DNA from: Octopus sinensis
Taxonomy: Eukaryota
Assembly (NCBI RefSeq): GCF_006345805.1
Contig: NC_043000.1
Span: forward strand, 73,594,001-73,658,000
Direction of reading: 5' to 3'
Length of the DNA stretch: 64,000 nt
A program made the position numbers and the translations under genes. This document shows positions 52,782 through 64,000 of the stretch, piece by piece. Each line of letters opens with the position of its first letter. Positions within the stretch are counted from its first letter, which is position 1. The notes under the pieces were generated by a model. The model saw only the letters and a list, made by a program, of their open reading frames with translations, searched no databases and was not told the origin of the DNA.

Positions 52782-55545
52782 ATGGAAGGTACTGTCACGC
52801 GTAGGGAGAGTGTATCTCCAGTGCCAAGTACCAGTAAGTATTCTGTAGTGAGCAGAAGGATATTAGAAGAACCAATAAGGAGCTTTGCGGCTGCCGCCGG
52901 AGGAAACTCAAGGAAAATTGATACAACCAATTTGAAGGCACACCGAGAGCTGTTAACAAAAGAAGGGACCGAAATAAAGGTGGTCCCTCCTCATAGCATC
53001 ATTACAGATGCACTCGAAAGGACTGTAATTTTCAAAACGTATAATGTTGAAAAGAAAAAAATTAACTATGTCAATGACAAAAGTGTAGAAAAATGTTTAA
53101 GGCCAATTTGGAATAACATCAAATATTTGGCCAGAGGAAAAAGATATGCAACTGTTGAAGTGAGGATGTCAACAGTGGAACAGGCGCAAAAGTATTCTGT
53201 GGAGCCGCTGCGAACAGATGAGGTGGTACTGTTGCCAATTTATATGGGGAGGAGAACCTCCCGAATAAAGATAAGCTGTGTACCACCGAGGGTGGACGCC
53301 GAATGGCTAGTAGCGGCAGTACTGTATGACCTAGAGGAAGAAACCACACTTCTTTCTGCCGAAGTAACAGAAGATGCTGATCCAAGCAGAGCCTATGACC
53401 CTAGAAGAAATTCCAGAGGTCATAGATACAATGGGTACGAAGTTAGTAGTCATGGTGGAAGGTAGAAAACCCAGATGTTTTAAATGTAGAAAGAAGGGCC
53501 ATGTTAGGTCCGAATGCAAGAGTGGTGAAGAAAAAGAAAAAGAGGAGAACAACATTGAAGAAGACTCGGAAGATGAAACTACAGAGAATGGAAAAACAGA
53601 AGAAGAAAGCACAGAAGAAGAAAATGAGAGCGGAAATAAAGAAGAGACGGAATGGGAGATAGCTGGTAGCAAAAGGAAATTAAAGAGAAATGTTAAATCA
53701 TTGGCAAAATTGCAAACTCAAAGAAGGCATGAAAAAGCCAAAGAATCAAAAACAAAAGAAATACGAGAAAATGAAGTTCTGTATATGGCGGTTCGAACCT
53801 CAAACTCGAGATTAATGAGCCAAATACAAATTAAAAAACTAAAAAGAACTGGATGCAAAAACGTTAAAGACGCTTTCGAAGTCTACCACGTAGACAGAAC
53901 GTCTTACAACGTTCTAGCAAATGTCTATCGGAGTGATGTTGGCCCGATGAGGTGGGATATTTCAGATCATCTGTACGAAGGCTTAATTAAAACGACTCCA
54001 CGAGCCCGAGAAAAAGAAAAAGAGGCGGACCCACCTCCGCCTTTTAGCGAAGACACAGGAAATTGAGGTAAGACTTATGGCAGTTCACGTTGGATGTTTA
54101 AATGTGCGTGGCCTGACGGCGGGATGGAAGCAAGGTCGCTTCTTTAACGACGTCAGGTCACATAATTTGGATGTCATTGTTGCTACTGAAACCCGGTTAA
54201 AGGGATCAAGAGGACTGCTCCCACTCCTGGACGGATACGAGAAATTTGTTTCTCCAGGTCCGCCGGCGGGTGGGGGTGGGGTATTGGTCCTACTAAAAAG
54301 AAACCGGGTTTCAGAGAAGAAGTTAATTTTTTCGGACCCAGAAATTAGGCTGGTCGTCTTGGACCTGACTTTCAGTTGCGGTAAGAAAATCAGACTGGTG
54401 GCAATTTACGCCCCCCCCCCACAATGGTCAGTCTGAGTATTTCCGAGACCTAGAGAAGTTTCTTGGTACGGCGTACCCATTAGTTTTGTTAGGGGACTTT
54501 AATGTTATTCACGATGCGCGCGTGGATAATGTTGGCTCGAACCCAAATAGAATACCTAATACCGGTTTCCTGTATCCATTAAGTCGCTTTCAACTAGTAG
54601 ATCCATACAGACTTGAATTCCCGAACACTCTAATGTGGACATGGTTAAGTGGTGACGGGTCTTTTAAGTCCTATATAGCAGCGGTTTTGGTACCATCACA
54701 TTTTTCTATAGCAGGTTGGTAGAGGCTGGGAACGACGATACCCTAGAGGAAACCCTAGGTCTGGGAGATAACCAGTTAGACAGTCTGTTCTGAAGGACGT
54801 TCGGGCCGGGTGTTTGGATAATTTCCAAAAATCCCTGGCCTGGCAATGTTACCGAGGAGCCTTACCCGTTCGGGATAAGCTCGCATGACACGGTCGAACC
54901 AGCACTGCCGACTGTCCAAGATGCGGACGGGATAGGGAAACTGTCCTGCACGCTATTGTTCAGTGTCCGGGAGTGTCTGAAGTGTGGGTTTATGCAGAAC
55001 ATCTGCTGTCAGGTTCGGGAAGAGTACAGCTGTCGTCTGAGTCAATCGTAAAAATTGACCCGCCGGATTTCCTCACGAAAGAAGGTAAGCAATGTTTTCT
55101 CGCAGTAGTAGCAATAGCGAAAGAGGTGGTATGGAAGTCGCGAATGAAAGGTTTGGCGACAGGCAACCTCATCTCCGGTCTCGGGTTGGTGAGATATTTT
55201 ATCTTTCACCTTAAAAGGAAATTGAGGCTGGAAAGAAGATGCCTGTCAAAGAAAATGTTCAAAGAAAGATGGTTGCATGTTGCGAGGGTGCTGGGAATGA
55301 AAGATTCCTCGTGAACATGTCATAAGTCTGCATACAAAAGTTTCAGTAGGAGAATGGGGCTCGTGGGTTCGGAGCGTAAGCCATCTCTCTGCTTCATCTC
55401 ATGTTTGTATTTCGTCCTTGTTGTATCTCATTCGATTTCATTATATTTTGTAAAATTTAAAAAGTCATATAATCATTGTGTGTCTGACCCCAATCAGGCT
55501 GTATTGTCCTCCTCTATGTTTGGGCCCTTGTGGCTAATAAAGAAA
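52782..55545 (+). mobile_element. Tx1/L1-clade element with internal deletion of RT (ORF1 52782-54066; APE 54077-~54690; C-terminal zinc finger; 3' end)
   Basis: KLVVMVEGRKPRCFKCRKKGHVRSEC; VGCLNVRGL...IVATETRL...LGDFN; CPRCGRDRETVLHAIVQCP; ends GTGGCTAATAAAGAAA; no RT motifs between. Confidence 0.85.
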
Positions 55546-58500
55546 TTGGATGTAGAGGGTTTGTTGGACACAGCGTGAGATGACTGTTGTTATCGCTAGG
55601 CCTAACTCATCGTAAAGTCAATACCACCATGACTGATATCCAATCTACAGTGGAGAAGGCTAGCCACTGGATTTGGTTAAAAAGAGACGATGAGCGATGT
55701 CAAGAAGGATATTGAGTTTAACTTCATAACCAGCTGATCTAGCAGGCGGGGCCTCATATCAGTGAGGTGCGGTGTGCATTGATGCCGTCGAGAGGTAGGC
55801 CCCGAAACGGCGCGCATTCTCCTCTGATGACCCCATACACTTGCTGGCTTCTGGTATATGGAGCTTTTGGCTGGTAGCACTTGCATGTGCAAGTTGTTTA
55901 CAAGACATGTAGCTGAACTTATTTGTATACTTATTTTCTTAGTTCACATGCTTGTTCTCCAAGAAGCAGATCCTTCATTTACACACTTATGATCTTAGAA
56001 ACAAGGACTTCATTTGCATGTTTGGTTTGATAATAATGGAGAAATAATTTTCTCTTTTAAGTAGCAGGTAAACCAGTATCAGCAGGTAAACAAGATTTGA
56101 AATAATGCAGATTGGAGCCCAGTAAATGCAATTTTCTAGTAGCTTGGTCTGAGTTGAAATTGAACAGCAACACATTTAGCCTATAGAGAGATGGGATAGC
56201 AACAAATATCTCAAATGGTACCTTTGCCATGTATTCAAATATTTCCTTTGTTAGGTATTTTATGCTGTTGGATCAAGTGATAAATGCTTAGCTCCAGATC
56301 AATACAATGATCAATGGTGTTCCAATCCTAATCATCTAGTTTTTTTTTCAGACTGCATGTCCTTCCTTTTTCAAGACACATCCACCATACCTTTCCTTTT
56401 TATTTTAATACAGAGTGTAGCTTGAAGGTGATTTGACAGTTTTCATGTAGCAGTTTGAACTACCATGTAGAAGCTCCCTCACTTTCTTGTTTAATCCTGT
56501 CATTGAATTGTGTTTAATGCTGCAGTGGTAGATGTTTTATGTAATTTAAACTCAGACACTGTTGGAAGCTTTGGTTTCGAGAGCATGATCACTAATTATG
56601 ATCTAAACTCAGCAGAAACTGTACTGAGGAAAAAGTGAATAAAAATAAAGGATGTTTTTGATAGCTTCCATGACCTGTCGATGGGAGCAATAAATCAGTT
56701 GTTCTCAGGATCTGAGAAGTTCCTCTTCTTGAAGATAGGACACTATTGCATGCTTTCTCATATTGATGTCCTATTAAGAAAAAGTGCTTGCTTGGAAGCA
56801 CACTGTTTTAATCTAATAAAAGAATAAGCCTTTGTTCAGATTGATTAGCTGTGGAATGTATCATGATCATGTAAGATATAGCAAGACAAAATGAAGATTT
56901 GGCATACAGGGTTGTGTACATGCATATGCATGCAATGTAGAATTAGAATCAAAATGGGGACATCTAGTTTGGAACATAGTGGATTAGAGAATTTTACAAA
57001 GTAAGACATCATCTTTACAAGAGAACAGAAATCTTAAAGATAACAGCTTGCATGTTTAAGGGATACATGGACAGTAAAAGTTTCTAAGTTGATGTCTGTA
57101 TTGTGAAAGAGAACTGGAAGGGCATACATAGGAAGATAATATTTTTCACCAGCTGAGTCAATGATGAGGTACACTTGCTATGGCATACTACTCTGCTATG
57201 AATAAGGACCAGTGATGAAAGCAAGTGTTGAGTGCACATCTCATATTTTGGACCAGCATTTATATAAACAGAAGAATTCCTGGCAGGTTACAATCTATTT
57301 TCAGTGCAAAGAAATTGTAAGATGTCATACATCGTGGAAAAATATAATGAAGTGAACACAGGAAACATTCAGGTTAAACTTCTGACATTTTATTTCATAA
57401 AACAAAATTAGTATATAAAAAACAACTCCTAAATTTAAATGAAGGCTTCTAATAGAAACACAGTCACATGTTTGGGGCAGGCAAATACAGTCAACCTTCT
57501 GAATTTGAACTCAGAAGAATTTGGGATATAACCAAATAATTGCAATATATTTAGTTCAGTGCCATTCCTTTCACTTCAATGATATTTAAAATACATGGGC
57601 TTGGCAATAACAATTGTTTCTAATTTAGGCTCAAGATCAGTACTTCTGAGGAGGGTGGGGTCAGCTGATTAAATTGACCCCAGTACTTTATTTTATTCAC
57701 TCCAGAGGGATTAAAGGAAAAGTTGACCTTGGTAGGATTCAAGACCAACAGTTAAGAGCCAAAACAAAGTTTGCAAAGAACTTTTCTGACACTAATAATT
57801 CTATCAATCCACCACCCAGCATAATAATAATAAAGACATAAAAATGAGTTTGTGATTAAATAAATGTAACAAAGCTATTATAAAGGCAAATAAGCAAAAA
57901 TTGTTAGAGACACTGAAATTTAAAAAATTATATCAGGATCACCCTTACAAAAATATAAAAGAAAACTATAAGTGTGCTATAAAAGAATCAGACTAATATT
58001 ACAAATTGAACACAATGTAAACATAAGATGGCAGGCATAAATGCACTAGCCATCCTAGTTATAAACTACAGCTTCAATACAATAAACTTGAAGCAATGTT
58101 AATTGAAGAGCTTTGCTGAAAAAACAGGAAACTATGTTTGACTGAATGACAACATTTCAAAGTTGATTAAAAAAAACAAAGACAAAATTAAAATGACTCT
58201 CCAAAATATAATAGAGATAAAGAAGGAGAGAAATATCACATGGACAGTAAGACTCAGAGAAGAAGTCATTCAGAGCAAAAGTCAAAAATAGCACAGTCAC
58301 TAACAACTACAAAAATAAAATTATGAAAACAGTACTATCAAGGACAAAATTACACAACATGTACAATGAGACAGTTGACAAGATCACATCCAGTTGTCAA
58401 GTCTGAGGATATACACAGACATGATTGAGCTGGCAGTTATATCCACCAGGGTAATATGCTGACACTTAGACGTGGTATAAACATGTACTAAAAAGATTTG

Positions 58501-60039
58501 GTTCAATTATCTGGGACTGTTGTCTAAACTGACAAGGAGATCAAGGACTGGAATGAAATGTCTATCAGTATACAACTAGTTTCCACTTTGATAAACATTT
58601 CAATCCCTTCTGGCCAGTGCCCAGTAGGCATTGTTGGAGAAAATGTCAAAGTACAAGGATCTCAAAATTGAAATGCACAGCTTATGGGCCATGAGAGTAA
58701 AAATAGCAGACTAGATATGATAAAACATATAACAAAACAAAATATGTCAAGGATCACAACATCGTACACGTTCCATATCTTATATAAGACACTTTCAATT
58801 CAATAGCACAGATCAAACTATGCACTCTGCAGGCAATACATATGCTGTAACATATCCATCAAATAAAATAACACATACAACATACTCTACCGATTATTAT
58901 TAATTAATAACATTTTCTACCCAATCAACATTAAATAAAATACCACAACCCCTACTCTTACATATTTGATACCTAACACTGTTACACCAGTTCATTAATA
59001 TAACAAACAACACAGCAAATACACTGTCCAATTATCACCTAGCAGTCAAATGTAAACCAATCACAGTACATAGGAGAAACTCACCATTATACAATTCACA
59101 TTGCATATACCCTATACAGACAAAGCAACAAAACCCCAACAATAATGGTAAAAAGATGTAGTGCACAAACATTACCAAAAAATAATGCAGTACACAGAGA
59201 TGCAACTGGTGCTGCAGTAAAATCTGTTGAAAATATGGATTAATTCAAACTATAGTATAGGGATTCAGATTACTAAAAAAAAATGTAAGGAAGTTTGATT
59301 TAATGGTTTCTATTGCTATTATTAATAATTATATATCAAAATCAGGATCTTCTATGGAGAAAGAACAGAGAGTTTTGACTTGATAGTTATGGTATCATTT
59401 AATAAATTTGAGATCTAAATTGTAGACTCATCTGTTGTCTGGTGTAACACAACTCGATTAGAACTTGGGTGCCTCCAGAGGAATACACACTGTTGCAAGC
59501 ATTTAGACTTCCTCCTTTTAGACTCAGAGGTTTTCCAAAAAGGTTCAGGGGTGATGATGAAATGAAAAATCTATAATCAGTTAGGTGTTAGCCCCAATAG
59601 ACTTAGGCCCAAAAGCATATCATTTGAGAGAGATTTTCCAGCTATTTGAAACAAGTAGAGTTTGTTTATCTTACATACTTTATTAAGCTTAGGCATTTCA
59701 TTAATATTAAAATTGACATGGTACTTAATCGGTGCTTCTTTTATATATTCTTGAAGGATGAAATGCAAAGTTGCTTTCAATGGGATTTAAACTAACAACA
59801 TAAGGAGGTGTGATTAAATACTTAGAGGCATTCAATGTTCTAATTCTACCAATTCAATGTCAATTAGAAGACTAATTTCTTGTACATGCAGAGAGGCTTA
59901 ATTTCATATGAACAGAGAAACATTAAATTGTGTACTATTTTTAAGTTGAGAATACTCCAGACATACCAAATATAATGAAGACTGGTTAATATAGATAAGA
60001 ATGAAATGGCAAAAACAGAAAAAAATAAGAAAAGTGAGT

Positions 60040-60241
60040 TTATTTTCCAGAGAGGTAGATCCTAAGGAAATCTCTGTAAGAAATGTTGCCATCTTTGTTA
60101 TGGTCCATAGCTTCAATTTTAGAATGAATTTTATCATTGTAAATGCCCATTTCTTTCAGATCAGCAACAACATCTGTTTTCAGTGCTGAACCACTGTTGT
60201 CTTTATCAAACTTCTGAAATAATCCACGAATGATGTTGGTG
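60040..60241 (-). CDS. Terminal coding exon of a host EF-hand calcium-binding protein (two EF-hands)
   Basis: T-rich tract and CAG acceptor (AG at 60243-60242), then TNIIRGLFQKFDKDNSGSALKTDVVADLKEMGIYNDKIHSKIEAMDHNKDGNISYRDFLRIYLSGK*. Loops DKDNSGSALKTD and DHNKDGNISYRD. Upstream exon(s) not found in the window. Confidence 0.8.
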
Positions 60242-61312
60242 CTGTTGACAAATTTAAATAAATAAAATATATATAAATTTGGAAAAATTTGAATACAGAT
60301 TAATAACAAATCAAATGTTATTACAGCTACTATGCTTTAATCAACAGCTTATCTAAGGAATCACTACATCTGAGGGCTCAGAATTCTATACCTGTGAGCA
60401 AAAGTTTTACTGCATACAAATTTGAAAGCATTCACTGATGAAAACTCTAAAATCCATATGAGTGGAACCTTAAAACCAAAAGAGTAATTTAATGTAAGTT
60501 ATTCAACATGAATTTATAAAACAAGGGTATTTTTCTGGGCTCCACACGTTATTTTACACTTATAGTTTGCCTCTGATAATAAAAAGATTCTCTAATCCTT
60601 ACTACAAAGATGATAAATTTATAAAGATGATAGATTTGATAAAGGACTTACTGGATAACATGGACATAGACTCTCCCTAAAAAGACAGTATGATAATAGC
60701 TAGAATGCCTTTGATTTGAGCTAACTTGGTGGATAAACAACTTGGACACACTAGTTTAATGATTTCAACTAGCTTGGGCAGTGATCATAAGAATCTATTG
60801 GGATAACTGTTTTCTGAATAGTGGAAAAATTTCGTACTAAACATATTGATTTCAAATACAGATAAAAGACTTTAGACTAAGGATATAGTTAAATATACTG
60901 CACCAGTATTAACTGGTCTCATTGTTACAAGGGGTTGGGAATGGCCAGAAAGTTGTAGTTGATCATAGGTTGACTCAAGCAGAGCAGACTTAAGGTCCAA
61001 ACAACAACAACCACTCCAGAAAGTTGAATGGCAAAGTTGACAGGGGAAGGGATTTGAACTCAGAATGTAAAAGGAACTTGAGTAAATTGTCTTTTGTAAG
61101 ACACATAACAAGCAAAACTTTGAAAGCATTTCAATTCTTCAACCATCTTTATTCCAACAGTATTGCAGATGTCTCCGGCGTGAATCTTCAACTAAAGCTG
61201 TGAATTACCTGTCTTTAGAGTATTGGTGTTGTGGTGTTTGTTCTGGTTGTCTGAGCTCCGAGTTCAAATTCCAACAAGGTCAACTTTACTTTCCATTTTT
61301 ATGGGATTGATT

Positions 61313-61887
61313 AATTACATACTAGTCAAGTTTTGGGGTTGATTTTTATTCTGTCTCTCCCACTCTCTTTGTTTATTTCCATTATTAACTTCTATAATTT
61401 CTCTCAGAATAGCTAGGTTATACAGTGAGAAGGACGTTTGGGTACCAAAGTATCTTTTTTTCTCGATGGTAAAGGGCTGAGTGAGCAGTTAGCAATCTTT
61501 TATGCTACTAATCAAATAATGGCTTAAACTAGCTTGGGCAGTGCTCATAAGAATCTATTGGGATAACTGTTTTCTGAATAGGTTAGGGATATAGTTAATT
61601 ATACTACTCCAGTATTAACTGGTCTCATTGTACCTAGGGGTTGGGAATGGCCAGAAAGTTGTAGTTGATCATAGGTTGACTCAAACAGAGCAGACTTAAG
61701 GTCCAAACAACCGCTCACTCAGCCCTTTACCATCTAGAAAAGAAAGATACTTTGGTCTCCAAAAGCTCTTCTCACTGTGTAACCTAGCTATTCTGAGAGA
61801 AATTATAGAAGTTAATAACGGAAATAAACAGAGAGAGTGGGAGAGACAGAATAAAAATCAACCCCAAAACTTGACTAGTATGTAATT
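61313..61887. repeat. Inverted duplication (61313-61490, 61709-61887) enclosing copies of nearby sequence
   Basis: Arms of ~178 bp are reverse complements; spacer blocks ~61529-61581 and ~61585-61711 repeat ~60769-60822 and ~60878-61003. Confidence 0.85.
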
Positions 61888-62384
61888 TATCAAATAAGTA
61901 GCACATCTCAGAACAGAAATGAAGGAAATCTTCAACAACATTATCCACTGTGTCCCCCTTTTTGTTTAAAACAGTAGAGTGTCATTTGGTAAAGATTAGT
62001 TTGCTATTTCTAGCAGGTTGAATGTGTAGAGATCATTGGCTCAAAAATAGGCTTAAGAATTTTGTTTGAGAGAACTTAAGTTAAAGTCAGTATAATTTTT
62101 GAAATCTAGAAACCAGTTTGTATTATACAACAAAAAAAAAACCCTAACATTTTAAGCACTGTCTAATTATAACAGAAAGTACAACCATAATATAAATGTA
62201 CAAGAATGATGATTTAGACTACCTATAAGAATCTGTAGTTTTGTAACATTTTTTACTTGTTAATTCTAAAAACAAATTTAGCAAACATATGTTTACACCA
62301 AGAGAAAAAAAGGTGGTGGGAGTAATTATGATAGCAATCCTGGTCAAAATATATATCTTATTTGAAAGAAACATTGAAAAATCA

Positions 62385-62693
62385 TGTTTGAAGGAAAAAT
62401 AGGATGTTCAAGGTTTGAAAGTCTTCCAATCATTGATATTCTCAGTGAGGTCTGAGTTAGGTCTAAACCCCACATAATATTAATTATTAGGTTTGAATAT
62501 CATAGCCTTTCATATTACTTAGATCAATATATTCACTATCAAGACACTAGTTTTGCACACTGTCTAATATATTGATCTAAGTAGTATGGAAGTATTATGT
62601 GGAGTTGTTGTTTATACCTAACTCAGATCTGATTGAGAATATCGATAATTAAAGACTTTCAAACCCTGAACATCCTGATTTTTCCTTCAAACA
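62385..62693. mobile_element. Decayed fold-back MITE-like element
   Basis: tgtttgaaggaaaaataggatgttcaaggtttgaaagtctt is inverted at aagactttcaaaccctgaacatcctgatttttccttcaaaca; inner arms tacttagatcaatatatt/aatatattgatctaagta. Confidence 0.7.
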
Positions 62694-63419
62694 GTGAACC
62701 TAGAATAACATTATTTAAAGTGTCTTTTTTGTTGTTTTGTTTTCAAGAGAGTAAGGTATAATTTGAGGAAGGTTTAGCTACTATTTCTAGCAAGTTGAAT
62801 GCCCACAGAATTTTCTTCAATGGCTTGTAGAGACATGGGTTTTTATGAGAGAATGGTGGGTAAAGTTCTTCAAAGTTTCAAAAGAAATTTTGGTATGATG
62901 CAACAATATGCCATGGTGCTTATCTTGTGTTGTTTCCTCTGATGTTTATGTTGGTGCAAAAATAATTGTAATTCTTTTGGAATAAAATCTATTTAACTAT
63001 GATTATGCCTATAAGCAAAGATGGCAGAACAGCTTGAAAGCTTCCAGAAGTAGATGGTGACATTTGCACCTCACTGGAAGAACAAAAAGTCAACAAACTA
63101 AAATATTAAAAAAAACAACAAAAAACATCACTGTTGTAATGTCTAATCTGTGCTTCTTTTGCACTGTGGTACCATTGAATAAGTCATTGGCTCTTGGGCT
63201 TGAGAATTTTTTACTACCAGAATAAACAAACTTGTTTCTTGTCAGCAAAAATATAAAGATTCTAATGATTATTATTTTGATAAATGAAATTTATTCTGAG
63301 GTACATTGTCTTATGATAGCTATATATTCCACACACATACACACACAGATACAAAAATTCAATACAGATGGACATACATTTTATTGCATATGTATAGATA
63401 TATTTCAAAATAGGTGTGG

Positions 63420-63600
63420 TATAGGTGCAGGCATGGCTGGGTGGTTAAATTTGCTTCTTAACCACATGATTTTGGGTTCAGTCCCACCATGTGGCACTTT
63501 GGACAAGAGTCTTTCTACTATAGCTTTGGGCAAGCCAAAAATAAAAAAAAGCTTTGTGAGTGAATTTGGTAGACAGAAATTGAAAGAAGCCAGTCAAATG
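63420..63600 (+). mobile_element. Decayed tRNA-SINE head
   Basis: ggcatggctgggtggttaaa...gggttcagtcccacc...tttggtagacagaaattgaaagaagcc. Confidence 0.75.
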
Positions 63601-64000
63601 TGTGTGTGTATGAATGATCTTGTCTTGACAACACATGATCATTGTAAATGAGGGTCATTGTCATCTAAGCAGTGTTGTCCATTTCCAATATTATGCAAAA
63701 ATGTGTCTGGCTATAGGGAACTATTACCTAGCTTGGAGAGAGGTAAGAAATGCAGACAGGAAGGTCAAAAAATTTGCCTCAATAAACTTTGTCCAACTTG
63801 TGGATGCATGGAAAAGTGAACATTAAAATGATGATTATTATAAAAAGAAAAGTGACATACTTCTTAATCAATCCAGGATATTTGTGCATGTAAATGATGA
63901 AATCCTTTTCTTGAATTTTTGCATCCTTATCAGGATCAATATCTTCCATAAGTTTCTACAACAGAAAATAATAGTAAAAATTTTTTATTTAAACATGAGG

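Noticed and set aside
55795-55845. Type II hammerhead candidate (CCCGAAAC...CTGATGA)
   Set aside because: Helices I and II cannot form (C would oppose C at the base of helix II).
55560-55920. CpG-richer segment with a short minus-strand ORF
   Set aside because: No recognisable domain; probably an unclassified TE fragment, with too little evidence to call.
57158-57260. Box C/D snoRNA candidate (ATGATGA)
   Set aside because: No D box (CTGA) at a suitable distance and no terminal stem.
60380-60680. Candidate upstream exons for the EF-hand gene (donors near 60390 and 60650)
   Set aside because: The ATG-initiated frames end in phase 1, incompatible with the phase 2 acceptor at 60241.

Overview
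Eukaryotic, AT-rich, microsatellite-dense genomic DNA made almost entirely of transposable-element debris. The SINE/LINE repertoire looks like an octopus (coleoid cephalopod) genome; this is recognition from memory, not a database result. The window holds RTE-, CR1-, R4/Dong- and Hero/NeSL-like LINE fragments, two Tx1/L1-like elements (one near full length), a decayed Ty3/Gypsy element, Tc1 and mariner remnants, non-autonomous Helitrons, tRNA-derived SINEs and a Penelope-type GIY-YIG remnant. Only one host coding exon is convincing: a terminal exon encoding an EF-hand pair (60040-60241, minus strand). The most interesting signal is non-coding. Three sequence-unrelated fold-back elements at 38.8-43.4 kb each carry a type I hammerhead-ribozyme motif in both inverted arms, and four more solitary or decayed hammerhead-like motifs lie at about 8.0, 20.8, 22.1 and 38.0 kb. 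Several other inverted duplications look like template-switch products. Most ORFs in the supplied track are microsatellite translations or antisense shadows of TE ORFs. Coordinates were read by eye; TE boundaries are approximate.
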